Below are positions 45,117 to 55,720 of a stretch of 64,000 bases of DNA, one piece after another. The notes below the pieces were generated by a model that worked only from the letters and a program-made list of their open reading frames with translations, searched no databases and was not told the origin of the DNA. The stretch is taken from positions 14,478 to 78,477 of the forward strand of contig CALUYN010000005.1 in NCBI GenBank assembly GCA_944325025.1, given 5' to 3'. Numbering within the stretch: position 1 is the stretch's first letter; every line of letters begins with the position of its first letter. The position numbers were made by a program, and so were the translations under genes. Origin of the DNA: Candidatus Gastranaerophilales bacterium. GTDB taxonomy: Bacteria; Cyanobacteriota; Vampirovibrionia; Gastranaerophilales; Gastranaerophilaceae.

Positions 45117-48100
45117 ATGAAAAAATTTTTTAAATATTTTGGGATAACTGTTTTATCGCTAATAATTTTTGTTTATGTAGTTTTTTTAGCTGCTCCGTTG
45201 TTTTTATCAGGAATTGCAAATTCTTATACCGGCCAAATATCGAAAATGATTGAGGACTCTTGCGGTTTTAAAGTTAAAATTGAAAATATTAAAATATTAA
45301 CGACTCCCAAATTGACCGCAGGACTTTATGCCGGCCATATAGAAGCTGCAATGCCTGATGGAGAACAGTTCCTGATGGCTGATAATGTCCAGGGAAAAAT
45401 TTCTCTTTTGCCGTTGATGTTGCGAAAGATTGAAATTGATATGGCAGGTGCAGATAATGTAAATTTGAATTTAAAGATTAAAAAAGACGGTAAATTTTTA
45501 CTAGAAAATTTTGTTCCTGAAGCGAATGAAAAAGAAACACCGCAAAACCAAGCTATGACAGAGCTGCCTTTTGGCTTTAAACTCTCAAATCATCTGCCTG
45601 ATATAAAAGTAAACAATTATAATATTTCTTTTATTGATGGGGTTACAGACAAGTCATATTCAATAAGCGGCGAAAGATTTTCAATAAAAGATTTTATTCT
45701 TGATAAAAAAATAAAACTTTATGCAGCAGGTCAGGTAATGTTAGATGACAGAGTTCAATTTAATTACGATGTGAATTTGTTTAATAAAGTTATGCCTGAT
45801 TTGGATTTAAATGATATGGTATTTTCATCATCTGCCAAGCCGGAGTCAAGCAATCAATCCGCCGCCATAAACATAATTGATGTATTTAAAAATATTTATC
45901 AAAATCAATTCAGTGCGAATATAATTGCTGATTTAAAAACAACAGGTTCTTTTGATGATATTCATATTAATGGTACTGCGAATGTTTCTGATATGGGGCT
46001 TGCGGTTAAAGGTAAAAAGCTGCCGTCAAGTAATGTAGATATAAATTTTAAAGGGAACAAAATTGATTTCTATTCGAAGTTATTTACCGGTGAAACAGAA
46101 ATTACCGAATTTACAGGTAATGTAAAAACAGGAAAATCACCAAAAATTGATTTAAACTGCAAATCAAATGCTCAGTTTAACAGTATTTTGCGTATTGTTG
46201 ACAGTATTGCAGAGTCTTTCGGATATAAGGATTTGAACACGTTATCTGCAACAGGTTCTGTTGATGCTGATTTTACGATAAAATCAAATTTAAAAAAAAT
46301 TGAATCTTCTGGATATTTAAGAGTTAACCCATCATCATTTGCATACAAACTCTATAACATTTCTGTAAATGATATTATTGCAGATATTGATTTGTCAAAT
46401 AATATGGTTGATATCAAGGATGCTCATCTCTCTATTTTAGGACATCCTTTGAAAATTTCAGGAACACTGACTCCTGAAGCTGTTGCAGATATCAAAATAG
46501 CTGCGGATAAATTGAGTATAAAGGGTTTAATGCTTGCTCTGGGGCAGGTTCAATTACTAAAAGATAACGATGTAAAATCGGGAGTTATCTCTGTAAATGC
46601 TTTGTTAAAAGGCCGTTTAGACAAAATAGTTCCAACAGTCAATCTGACTGTGGATAATTTGAATATAAAAAATATTCCTTCAGATACATCTGTCAAACTT
46701 GTTTCATCTGCCATAGATTTATCAACAGACGGTAAAAAAACAGACGGCTCTGTTAAAGCTTCAAATGCAAGTATTATCAATCCAATTGCAACGCTTTCTA
46801 TGCCGCAGGCACAGATTACATTCGGCGATAAAGATATTGTTATCGATAAAGCTGATGTTTATCTTAATAACTCCAAAATCGCGGTTACCGGCAAAGTGAC
46901 TGATTATATTCCTAATAGTATAAAATTTGATATTAATGCAAACGGAAATATTTTGGCATCAGATATTAAATCAATGATTCCTGCAGATTTTAGAAAAGAC
47001 GTTGTTGCAAAGGGCTCTTTGCCGCTTGCAGTTTCTGTGGCAGGAAATGCTGACTCACAGGATATAAAATTTTCTTTAGATGCTAATCAATCAAATTATG
47101 TTTCTATATTAAATGTCAGCCAGTTAAACGGCAAATCAACTACGATAAAAGGCAATGTAAAATTGTCAGGTGATACATTAAAGCTTTCAGATACCGGTAT
47201 TTTTGCAAATAACGAAGGTCTGCTTTATGTAAAAGGTTCGGTATCAGATTTGTACAAAACGCAAAAGTTAAATTTAAATATTTCATTACCTTCAAAAATT
47301 TCAATGGAAATTCCGGGATTTAAAAAATCAAAGCTTGACGCTTTTGGAAGTATTAATGTGTCAGGAACAGCGTTAAGCCCTCACCTAAACGGTAATATTG
47401 AAATCTCTGTGATTGAATTACCGGATATGCTTCTCTCCTTGAATGATATGTCTGTTTCCTTAAACGGGCCTATAGTTAAAGGGAATGGAACTTTGATGAA
47501 ATTCGTATCCGGCGGAATTACTGCTGAAAATCTGGCGGCTGATTTTAATTTATTAAACAATGTATTTTATCTGAAAAATATCACGGGCGACGCCTTTGAC
47601 GGCAAAGTGAGCGGCAATGTTTCATATAATATTGCAAACGGATTTATAGGCGTTAATTTTACAGGGTCTGATATGGATGCTCAAAAAGCAATAGCAGGTG
47701 CTGCAGGTTTAAAAAATGCTCTATCAGGCAGACTCGGATTTGATGCTGATGTGACTTTGCATGGCGCAACTGATGTTGAAATGATGAAAAATCTTAAAGG
47801 CAAAGCAAATTTTGAAATTAAAGACGGTACTCTCGGGAATATTGGTCGTTTTGAAAACTTTTTATTCGCTCAAAATCTTCAGTCAAACAGTATAATAAAA
47901 GCCGCTGTAAATTCAGTTGCCTCTTTGCCGACTATTAAAAATACGGCCGAATTCAAGTCAATTTCAGGAAATTTAACTTTTAATAACGGTTGGGCAAAAC
48001 TCAATCCGATAAAAACCTCAGGCCCTTCAATGGCGTATTATATAACCGGTCAATATAATCTTTTAAATGCTACTGCAAATGTAGTTGTGCTCGGCCGAAT

Positions 48101-48587
48101 TTCAGCTGATGTTGTCAGCCTTTTAGGTCCTCTAGGAGATTTATCAGTTACAAAACTTACTTCCTATATTCCAAAATTTGGCGCATTGACCGGAAATTTA
48201 ATTAATGCATTAACCTCTGACCCTAAAAATGAAAATGTATCTTCAATCCCGCAATTGTCATCAGGGAATACGAATTATAAAGATTTTAAAGTCGTATTCA
48301 ATGGCGGTGTTGAAAGCAAGAGTTCTGTGAAATCTTTCAAATGGCTGTCAAAATGTGATACATCAGCCCTTGAACAGCCTACTGTTAAAGAACAGGTTGA
48401 GCAGACAACGCAGGCTGTTAAAGATGCGGTTCAGCAGAAAATTGATGATATAAATGCTCGCCGTGAAGCCCAAAAGCAGTCTGCTCAGGAAGCAAATCAA
48501 CAGTTGAAAGATACTGTACAAGGTTTGAAAAATTTATTTAAAAAAGACAGCAGTGCAACACCTGCAGATACAACTACGGTAAATTAA
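45117..48587 (+). CDS. AsmA-like / TamB-like large beta-rich envelope protein
   Basis: N-terminal TM anchor, ~1150 aa of beta-strand-like repeats, C-terminal LKGKANFEIKDG...FKSISGNLTFNNG...GQYNL. Confidence 0.7.
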   Translation: MKKFFKYFGITVLSLIIFVYVVFLAAPLFLSGIANSYTGQISKMIEDSCGFKVKIENIKILTTPKLTAGLYAGHIEAAMPDGEQFLMADNVQGKISLLPLMLRKIEIDMAGADNVNLNLKIKKDGKFLLENFVPEANEKETPQNQAMTELPFGFKLSNHLPDIKVNNYNISFIDGVTDKSYSISGERFSIKDFILDKKIKLYAAGQVMLDDRVQFNYDVNLFNKVMPDLDLNDMVFSSSAKPESSNQSAAINIIDVFKNIYQNQFSANIIADLKTTGSFDDIHINGTANVSDMGLAVKGKKLPSSNVDINFKGNKIDFYSKLFTGETEITEFTGNVKTGKSPKIDLNCKSNAQFNSILRIVDSIAESFGYKDLNTLSATGSVDADFTIKSNLKKIESSGYLRVNPSSFAYKLYNISVNDIIADIDLSNNMVDIKDAHLSILGHPLKISGTLTPEAVADIKIAADKLSIKGLMLALGQVQLLKDNDVKSGVISVNALLKGRLDKIVPTVNLTVDNLNIKNIPSDTSVKLVSSAIDLSTDGKKTDGSVKASNASIINPIATLSMPQAQITFGDKDIVIDKADVYLNNSKIAVTGKVTDYIPNSIKFDINANGNILASDIKSMIPADFRKDVVAKGSLPLAVSVAGNADSQDIKFSLDANQSNYVSILNVSQLNGKSTTIKGNVKLSGDTLKLSDTGIFANNEGLLYVKGSVSDLYKTQKLNLNISLPSKISMEIPGFKKSKLDAFGSINVSGTALSPHLNGNIEISVIELPDMLLSLNDMSVSLNGPIVKGNGTLMKFVSGGITAENLAADFNLLNNVFYLKNITGDAFDGKVSGNVSYNIANGFIGVNFTGSDMDAQKAIAGAAGLKNALSGRLGFDADVTLHGATDVEMMKNLKGKANFEIKDGTLGNIGRFENFLFAQNLQSNSIIKAAVNSVASLPTIKNTAEFKSISGNLTFNNGWAKLNPIKTSGPSMAYYITGQYNLLNATANVVVLGRISADVVSLLGPLGDLSVTKLTSYIPKFGALTGNLINALTSDPKNENVSSIPQLSSGNTNYKDFKVVFNGGVESKSSVKSFKWLSKCDTSALEQPTVKEQVEQTTQAVKDAVQQKIDDINARREAQKQSAQEANQQLKDTVQGLKNLFKKDSSATPADTTTVN

Positions 48588-48591
48588 TGTT

Positions 48592-48631
48592 AAAAAAACA
48601 GGATGGAGAAATTTTTTCCATCCTGTTTTTT
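48592..48631. terminator. Bidirectional terminator between convergent genes
   Basis: AAAAAAACAGGATGGA...TCCATCCTGTTTTTT. Confidence 0.85.
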
Positions 48632-48646
48632 AGTTTTTTATATTAA

Positions 48647-49723
48647 TTACTTTTTCGTTTCAATATAATTCGTATTTGGAATATATGAACTTTCTCCGCT
48701 AATCTCTATTTTATCAAGTATTTTTGCGCGTTTTTTGCGGAACAGCATATCAACAAATGCTTCCAGACGTGTAATAAATCCTGCTTCGCCTGTTTGTTCA
48801 TCAATTGTTAAGTTAAGCAAAGGCTTGTTAAAACGTTTTGCCCGTCTTGTAATTCTTTCTATCATCAATGAATCAGGCCCGCAGCCGAACGCTGTTAAAG
48901 TTATTAAACCGTCAATTTTCATATCTTTAAGATAATGTCCTGCAGCTCCTGTCATTTCTCTTTCGTTCGCCCAGTACATATCTTCTCTTAATGCTTTTAT
49001 ACCGTCATCCATCTGTTCATTTGAAAGTTGGAGTGCTGAATAGACTCTTACATCCATTTTTTCAAGCTTGTCAAATATTTTCATGGAAGTTCTTTCGTCA
49101 AAAATATTGTATCCATGAGAAATTAAAGCAATAGAAATCGGAAATTCTTTTGTCTGGTTTTCTATGAATACTTTACCTTGAAGAGCATAATTCATTGCTT
49201 TTTTATAACTCATTCCTGATTTTGACATAATATGAAAATTGTTATAGGTTCTCCAACCGGCTTTTGAAGCTTTTTTAATCCGTTCCATATCAGTAATTCC
49301 GAAAGGTTCAGCCATTTCTTTCAAAAATTCATATAAGCCTTGATTTTTTTCGGATTTGTCAAGAGTTGCCTCAATCATTGTAAAATCTTTTTTTACAACA
49401 TTTCTGACTAAATCAGGCAATCCTCTGATTTTAGAGCAGTTGTAAATCTTCGGCGCAATTGACTGAATTGATGGTACAAGGATTTTGTCCACGCCTTTAT
49501 CTATCAAATTAAGTACATGTCCTATATAAACTTTTATTGGCAGGCAGGTTTCTGTAACAACAAGTGCCGAACCGCGAGTCATAGTTTCTTTTGTTGTAAC
49601 GTCAGAAAGAACTATTTTAATCCCTAAATCAGTAAAGAACCCGTGGTAAAACGGATAGTTATGATAAAAAGACATTCCTCTCGGGATACCTATTGTCATT
49701 TCATTATTTTTGTTATTTTCCAC
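48647..49723 (-). CDS. Acyl-CoA dehydratase activase-related protein (DUF2229-like)
   Basis: IGIPRG, ETCLPIK, YNCSK, FGCGPD, DEQTGEAG.TRLEAF. Confidence 0.75.
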   Translation of the reverse strand: MENNKNNEMTIGIPRGMSFYHNYPFYHGFFTDLGIKIVLSDVTTKETMTRGSALVVTETCLPIKVYIGHVLNLIDKGVDKILVPSIQSIAPKIYNCSKIRGLPDLVRNVVKKDFTMIEATLDKSEKNQGLYEFLKEMAEPFGITDMERIKKASKAGWRTYNNFHIMSKSGMSYKKAMNYALQGKVFIENQTKEFPISIALISHGYNIFDERTSMKIFDKLEKMDVRVYSALQLSNEQMDDGIKALREDMYWANEREMTGAAGHYLKDMKIDGLITLTAFGCGPDSLMIERITRRAKRFNKPLLNLTIDEQTGEAGFITRLEAFVDMLFRKKRAKILDKIEISGESSYIPNTNYIETKK

Positions 49724-49846
49724 GATTATAAATCCCCTTTGCTACTTTTATAATACTTCAAAATTAAAATTTTTGCTATTATTTTGTTTAAAATGTTACA
49801 TAAGATATGTTATTTTTGTGCTAAAATTTATATAAAGGGGTTATAA

Positions 49847-50596
49847 ATGCCGCAGTTTTTTATAAATTCTAAAGAAGTTGTTAACAACAAGGTTGTTATT
49901 TCTGATAAAGAAAATTATAACCATCTTGCCAAATCTCTGCGGATAAAAAAAGGTGAAAAACTTCTTTTAATTGACGAAAATCAAATTCAATACGAAACTG
50001 TTGTTGAAAATGTTACAAATAAGGAGATAACAGTTTATGTTGAAAATAGTTATAAATCTAGCCGCAGCCTTGATTTTAGATTATATCTTGGACAGAGCCC
50101 GCTTAGAAGCAATGCTCAATCAATTATTGTTGAAAAAGCAGCTGAACTCGGAATTGAAGGGATATATCCTGTTTTTACTGATAATTGTGCTCTTAATAAA
50201 TCAGTTATCGAAAAGAAAATTGATAAATGGCAGAGGATTATGTATGAGGCTTCTAAACAATGTGAAAGGGCGTATGTCCCGAAATGTTTTGAACCGTCAA
50301 CTCTTGAAGATATAGTAAGTTTAAATAAAAACGGGTATAAAGTTATAGCATTTTGCGAAAGGCTTTCACAAATAAGTTTACACAAATATTGCAGTGAACA
50401 TCCAGTTCAAAAAGATGATAAAATTTTAGTTATTATCGGGCCGGAAGGCGGGTTTTCAGATAGGGAATTTAAACTGTTTGAAAAAAATAATATTCCTATG
50501 CTCACTCTCGGGAATTTAATACTAAAAGCAGAAACTGCAGTTATAGTTGCTTTGGGAAATTTGATTTATGAATTCGAAAATTACAGAAAAAATTAA
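49847..50596 (+). CDS. rsmE: 16S rRNA m3U1498 methyltransferase
   Basis: HLAKSLR, EKAAELG, EASKQC, IGPEGGFS, LGNLILKAETA. Confidence 0.93.
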   Translation: MPQFFINSKEVVNNKVVISDKENYNHLAKSLRIKKGEKLLLIDENQIQYETVVENVTNKEITVYVENSYKSSRSLDFRLYLGQSPLRSNAQSIIVEKAAELGIEGIYPVFTDNCALNKSVIEKKIDKWQRIMYEASKQCERAYVPKCFEPSTLEDIVSLNKNGYKVIAFCERLSQISLHKYCSEHPVQKDDKILVIIGPEGGFSDREFKLFEKNNIPMLTLGNLILKAETAVIVALGNLIYEFENYRKN

Positions 50597-51965
50597 ATCT
50601 GATACTATTTTGTCTAAGATAATTACTGATTTTGACAATAAAATTTATCTTGTCGGCGGTGCTGTACGCGACTTTTTGACTGATAAAGAAACAACTGACA
50701 GAGATATTATTGTTATGGATGAAGATGCACGCGAGTTCGCATTAAAACTTGCTGACGTTTTTGATGCTACTTTCGTACCTTTGGATGAAGAAAATAAAAT
50801 CTACAGGCTAGTTCTTTCAGATAAGATAAATTATATAGACGTTACAAATCCAGTTGGCGGTACTATCGAAAAAGATTTAATGCGGCGCGATTTGACTATA
50901 AACGCTATTGCTGTTGATATAAGAAGCGGTGAAGTTATTGATATTGCAGGTGGCATTACGGATATTTATAATAAATGTTTGAATTACGTTAATGAGCATA
51001 ATTTTGAGGATGACCCTCTACGTCTTTTGCGTGTGTATAGATTTCAGGCATTGTTGGGTTTTGAATTGGCTCCGGAAACAATTACCGCTGTATGTAAATT
51101 TGCCAATTTAATACATAAACCTGCTGTTGAAAGAATTAATTACGAAATCTTAAAACTGTTCAGCGGTAAATTTGCTGATAAAGCTTTGGAAAATATGAAC
51201 AAAACCTGGATTTTGGAAGAAATTTTCCCATTTGTCAAAGAGCTGAAACAGGTTCCGCCGAATTCTCACCATCATCTTGACTTGTTTCATCATTCTGTAG
51301 AAACTGTCAGGCAAATTCAATACTTGTATGAAAATTCGGACGATGTTGTAAAAGAACATTTGCAAAAAATAGATTTCGGCGGCTTTTCAAGGTTAGCACA
51401 TCTAAAGCTTGCAGGGTTTATGCATGATATCGGTAAATTTTCAACATGGACTATAGAAGAGGGCAAACATCGTTTTATAAAACATGATGATGTCGGCGCA
51501 AAACTGTCTGTTAAATTTTTAAAGGACTTACATTTTTCTAACAAGCAGATAGATTATATTTCATCAATGATTAAATACCATATTTATCCTTCGCATGTTA
51601 TGACATCTCCGCAAATAACCGAAAAAATTATGATGCGATATGTTCGCAAAATGGATATAAATTCAATTGATGCAATTATTCTCGCACAAGCAGATAGATT
51701 ATCAGCGCGCGGGCCTGAAATAACAGATGAAATTGTAGAACGTAATATAAATTCTTTAAACATGCTTTTAAAATTTTATTTGGAAGCACGCGAGAATTTA
51801 AAACCTTTACCAAAGCTTCTGAGCGGAAATGAAGTTATGGAAATATTGAATATAAAACCTTCGCCAAAACTTGGAGAGATAATGAATGCCCTGCACGAAG
51901 CTCAGATTTCAGGTGATGTTGTTACGCGCGAGCATGCTGTAAATTTCATAAAAACTCTTGACTAA
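50568..51965 (+). CDS. tRNA nucleotidyltransferase (class II) with HD domain, probably CC-adding
   Basis: VGGAVRD, DRD, RRDLTINA, DDPLRLLR, ERINYE, HD motif MHDIGK. Confidence 0.88.
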   Translation: MNSKITEKIKSDTILSKIITDFDNKIYLVGGAVRDFLTDKETTDRDIIVMDEDAREFALKLADVFDATFVPLDEENKIYRLVLSDKINYIDVTNPVGGTIEKDLMRRDLTINAIAVDIRSGEVIDIAGGITDIYNKCLNYVNEHNFEDDPLRLLRVYRFQALLGFELAPETITAVCKFANLIHKPAVERINYEILKLFSGKFADKALENMNKTWILEEIFPFVKELKQVPPNSHHHLDLFHHSVETVRQIQYLYENSDDVVKEHLQKIDFGGFSRLAHLKLAGFMHDIGKFSTWTIEEGKHRFIKHDDVGAKLSVKFLKDLHFSNKQIDYISSMIKYHIYPSHVMTSPQITEKIMMRYVRKMDINSIDAIILAQADRLSARGPEITDEIVERNINSLNMLLKFYLEARENLKPLPKLLSGNEVMEILNIKPSPKLGEIMNALHEAQISGDVVTREHAVNFIKTLD

Positions 51966-52260
51966 TATATAAACAATATATATAATTTTTCAGGAATAAG
52001 CGTAATTGTTACAATTATTTACAAAAAAATTTTATATAATTTTTCGTTTAATTTTTGCTTTTTGATTATTTTTTCGAGGTTTATTCCATGATGAATAAAA
52101 ATTTTTATTTAAAATATTTTATTTTTAAATAAAAATCCAAAAATAAATCTTAATATCTCCTTTACAATTGCCAATCGAAACGCAATTTTTTTTTTGCCCG
52201 GCTTTTAATATTCTTGTGTCATTGTTATAATAGGTGTGTAGTTTTAAACCAGACAATATT

Positions 52261-53991
52261 ATGATTGATAAATTAAGATTAGGTAGTTCTGAAAATACTA
52301 AATATACCCCTCAGAAACAAAAAGGGAATAATCGTTCAAACAATCAAAATCCATCTTTTGGCGGATTAGGTGATGGTTTGATCAGTGCTGTTCAGTTGTG
52401 TGAAAAATACCCTATGGTAAATGTTTCCGCACTGGATTTATCTACAGCAATTGTACCCAGAACGATTATTGAAACAAAAGAATCAAACGGACATGCAGGG
52501 TTTGAAGCATTTAGACGTGAATCTTCAGGACTTGTTGTCAACTGTTTAATTCCCAGCTTTATTGTTATGGGAGTTGCAAGCCTTCTTAAACGTCCTATTA
52601 TGGGCAATTTTAATAAGTCAAACCTTATTAACACCTGGGCAAACAGTGATGCTATAGATAAAGTTCACAAGTTTTACGGCGAAGCTAAAGGAGCAACACA
52701 GAGAGAACGTGTATTTAATACATTCAGAGATCAGCTTTCAAGCCTATCAGGTGTTGACGGATATGATAAAAAAGAATTCGCTGACATTTTCAAAATTTCT
52801 AAAGACAGAAACGGTCGTACAGTAGTTGGAAACGGAAAAATTAAAGATGCATTAAATTCTTTAACAGATGCTGTTATGGCTGAAAAACTAGATAAAAAAG
52901 CCGTTAAAAAGGCCTATAATGCTATTATTGAAGAAACTCACATTGCTGAAAATATTAAATTCAAAGGTGACAAAGGATACTTCTCTAATAATTTGGAATC
53001 TGTCTGCGATGACACAGTTAAGCTTTTAAGAGGCGTTGTAAAAGAAAATATTACTGATGCAGGTAAACTCTCTGAATACTTCTCAAGGGCTAAAAGACTT
53101 GTTAACTGGAAGAGTGTCGGAGGGCTTGGTATAATTATACCGCTCGCAATTTCTATGCAGCCTATTAACAGATGGATTACACATAAAACGTCCGGTCAAA
53201 AAGGTGCACCGATTTATAAAGATTTCGGTAAACAAAAAGAACACCATGAGCTTACACCTAAAGAAAAAGCACAGTTATTGACACAGAAATTTATTTCAGT
53301 TGGTTCTATGATTGGTGTTGCTGCGTTGTCTATGTTTATGGACAAGCCTTCGTTAAAAATGTTCCAGTTTAAAGGTTTGTTCCCGACTATGGATCAGGCT
53401 AGAATTATTTCAACAGCTACTTTTGCAAGCCGTATGGGAGCTGCTGAAGATGTCAACGAACTTAGAGAAGCAACGGTTCGTGATATTGCAACATTTGCAA
53501 GCTTCTATTTCTTAGGTGATTATGTGGCAAAAGGTATTGCTACTTTGTTGGAAAAAATGAATAAAGATAAAGGTGTTCATTTAATAAACCGTATCGGTAA
53601 AGCTCCGGAAAAGGATGCTAATATAATGAAAAAATTCTGGTACTGGGCTAAACATACAACATTAAAATCATCAGATGAACTAGTTACAGTGAAAGATAAA
53701 CGCTTACGTACTATATGCCAGATAGGTAATATTGCCTTCTCTCTCCTTGCGTTAGGCGTGTTTATACCGTTGTATACAAGATCAAAAACTAATAAAAAGC
53801 ATGCAGAAGAACTTGCAAGATTGAATGCTGAAAAAAATAAATTAAATTCAACGGACTCTCAAGATGAGTCATCATCTTCGCCAAATTCGCTTTCTTATAC
53901 GGGAATTTCCTCATCAGGAAGCCAAATCGATTTTTCAAAATCAGTTTTAAGCAATAAACCGGCATTTAAATCTTTTATACGTCAGGAGTAA
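52261..53991 (+). CDS. Large hypothetical membrane-associated protein, paralog 1
   Basis: Shares motifs with 53998-55662 (PRT, AG.E..RRE.SG, QP.N, FKGL.PT.DQ, ELRE..V.D). Confidence 0.8.
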   Translation: MIDKLRLGSSENTKYTPQKQKGNNRSNNQNPSFGGLGDGLISAVQLCEKYPMVNVSALDLSTAIVPRTIIETKESNGHAGFEAFRRESSGLVVNCLIPSFIVMGVASLLKRPIMGNFNKSNLINTWANSDAIDKVHKFYGEAKGATQRERVFNTFRDQLSSLSGVDGYDKKEFADIFKISKDRNGRTVVGNGKIKDALNSLTDAVMAEKLDKKAVKKAYNAIIEETHIAENIKFKGDKGYFSNNLESVCDDTVKLLRGVVKENITDAGKLSEYFSRAKRLVNWKSVGGLGIIIPLAISMQPINRWITHKTSGQKGAPIYKDFGKQKEHHELTPKEKAQLLTQKFISVGSMIGVAALSMFMDKPSLKMFQFKGLFPTMDQARIISTATFASRMGAAEDVNELREATVRDIATFASFYFLGDYVAKGIATLLEKMNKDKGVHLINRIGKAPEKDANIMKKFWYWAKHTTLKSSDELVTVKDKRLRTICQIGNIAFSLLALGVFIPLYTRSKTNKKHAEELARLNAEKNKLNSTDSQDESSSSPNSLSYTGISSSGSQIDFSKSVLSNKPAFKSFIRQE

Positions 53992-53997
53992 TAAAAA

Positions 53998-55662
53998 ATG
54001 AAAATTCAACCAGTAATACCCCAAATACAACAAAATAAAGAAAATAAAAAAGACAATATAAAATTTACAGGTGCATTTGATGCGTTTACACTCGGATTAA
54101 GGTTTTTAGAAACAAATCAGGCGTGGGGCGCAAATGCAGTAGATCTTGGTTCTATGGTTATTCCGAGAACCACTATTGACTTTGTTAACAGAGGCCCTGC
54201 AGCAGGTATGGAAACCGGCAGGAGAGAAGCATCAGGTACAATTAACCATTCACTTGTAGGTGTGTATGGTACTGTTGCAGGTTTAGCTCTTGCAGCTGCT
54301 ATGAACAGCAAATACGGCATAAAAGCTCATAAAATATTTGTTGATGATGAAACTCTTGAAATTTTGGGTAAAGCCTGGGATAAGCAGGTTAAGGCAAACA
54401 ATTCTTCTCCGCTGAATAACTATTTGACAGATGTATTCGGCTCTGCAAAAACACGCATTGGAGAAGAATGGATTAGTATTCCAAAAGAAAATATTAATAA
54501 TCTTGTAGAGAAGTTCTCAAATGAACTTTCTTCAAAGAATGCTCCGGCTACTATATCAAAGGATTTAAAATCTTATGCTCAATCTGTAATAACTCATGCT
54601 ACAGGTTCTGAAACTAACTTCAAGCTAGCAGAAAAGCAAAATCCTGTTACATTATCTAACATGTTAGATAGTGTTTATAATGTTTCAAGAACTTTTGTTA
54701 CTGACAAAGTTGGTAACGAATTTAAATTGAGCAAAGATATAAACACCAACCAGTTTATCAACTCTTTAAAGAAAATGAATTTACACCGTTCTATGTTAGG
54801 TTTAGGTATTGCAGCAGCTATCGGGATGTCAATTCAGCCTTTAAATATCTACCTCACTAAAAAGAAAACCGGCAGTGATGGTTTTGTCGGCGTTGAAGGA
54901 CGGCAAAAAGATAATTCCGCAGGTTTCTGGGGAATGAAGGCAGCAGCTTCAGCAATCTTTGGCGGAGGAATTCTTGCGTCAATTGGTTTGAAAGACGGCG
55001 TAAAAGGATTGATGAAGAAAATTCAGTTTAAAGGTCTGGTGCCGACGCTTGATCAGTTTAAATTTATTTACGGTGTTACTATTATGTCAAGGTTTATGGC
55101 TGCCCGTGATAAAGATGAACTTAGAGAATCCTGTGTAAAAGACGTTCTTGGCTTCTTCAACTGGCTGATTTTAGGCAACTTTGTTGCAAAAATTACCGCA
55201 AATGCTATGGATAAATCTCTTTTAAATTACAGTGAAAAAGAACACGGTAAAGGCATAGTTAAAAAGATTTTGAATGCACCGATGAGAACCCGCGATGAAG
55301 TTTTACACAGCGGTTTGAAAAAAGCAGGTATTGACTCAATTGAAAACGGTAAAGCGCTTACATTTAAACAAATGTTAAAGAAACTATCATCTTCTTCTGT
55401 TACTGAGGCAATACGTAAAGAAACTAAAGGCAAATTAAGAGTTCTAAGTATTGCTCAAATTGCAGGTTACTTGTACTCTGGACTTGTATTAGGTGTAGGA
55501 ATTCCAAAACTTAATATTTATATGACTAATAAGTCTGAAGCAAGACGTAAAGCAAGATTGGCAGCACAAAAAGCTGAAAATCCTGAACAGAATATGCCTG
55601 CTGAACAGTATCAATCGATGATGAAACCTGATAATTTGGCTTTTTTGAGTAAATATATGTAA
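53998..55662 (+). CDS. Large hypothetical membrane-associated protein, paralog 2
   Basis: SD AGGAG; same motif order as paralog 1. Confidence 0.8.
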   Translation: MKIQPVIPQIQQNKENKKDNIKFTGAFDAFTLGLRFLETNQAWGANAVDLGSMVIPRTTIDFVNRGPAAGMETGRREASGTINHSLVGVYGTVAGLALAAAMNSKYGIKAHKIFVDDETLEILGKAWDKQVKANNSSPLNNYLTDVFGSAKTRIGEEWISIPKENINNLVEKFSNELSSKNAPATISKDLKSYAQSVITHATGSETNFKLAEKQNPVTLSNMLDSVYNVSRTFVTDKVGNEFKLSKDINTNQFINSLKKMNLHRSMLGLGIAAAIGMSIQPLNIYLTKKKTGSDGFVGVEGRQKDNSAGFWGMKAAASAIFGGGILASIGLKDGVKGLMKKIQFKGLVPTLDQFKFIYGVTIMSRFMAARDKDELRESCVKDVLGFFNWLILGNFVAKITANAMDKSLLNYSEKEHGKGIVKKILNAPMRTRDEVLHSGLKKAGIDSIENGKALTFKQMLKKLSSSSVTEAIRKETKGKLRVLSIAQIAGYLYSGLVLGVGIPKLNIYMTNKSEARRKARLAAQKAENPEQNMPAEQYQSMMKPDNLAFLSKYM

Positions 55663-55666
55663 TTAT

Positions 55667-55697
55667 AAAGCCGGTGAACGAAATTTCATCGGCTTTT
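55667..55697. terminator. Bidirectional terminator
   Basis: AAAGCCGGTGAA...TTCATCGGCTTTT between convergent genes. Confidence 0.75.
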
Positions 55698-55720
55698 AAT
55701 TTTTAAGCTTTAAATTTGAA

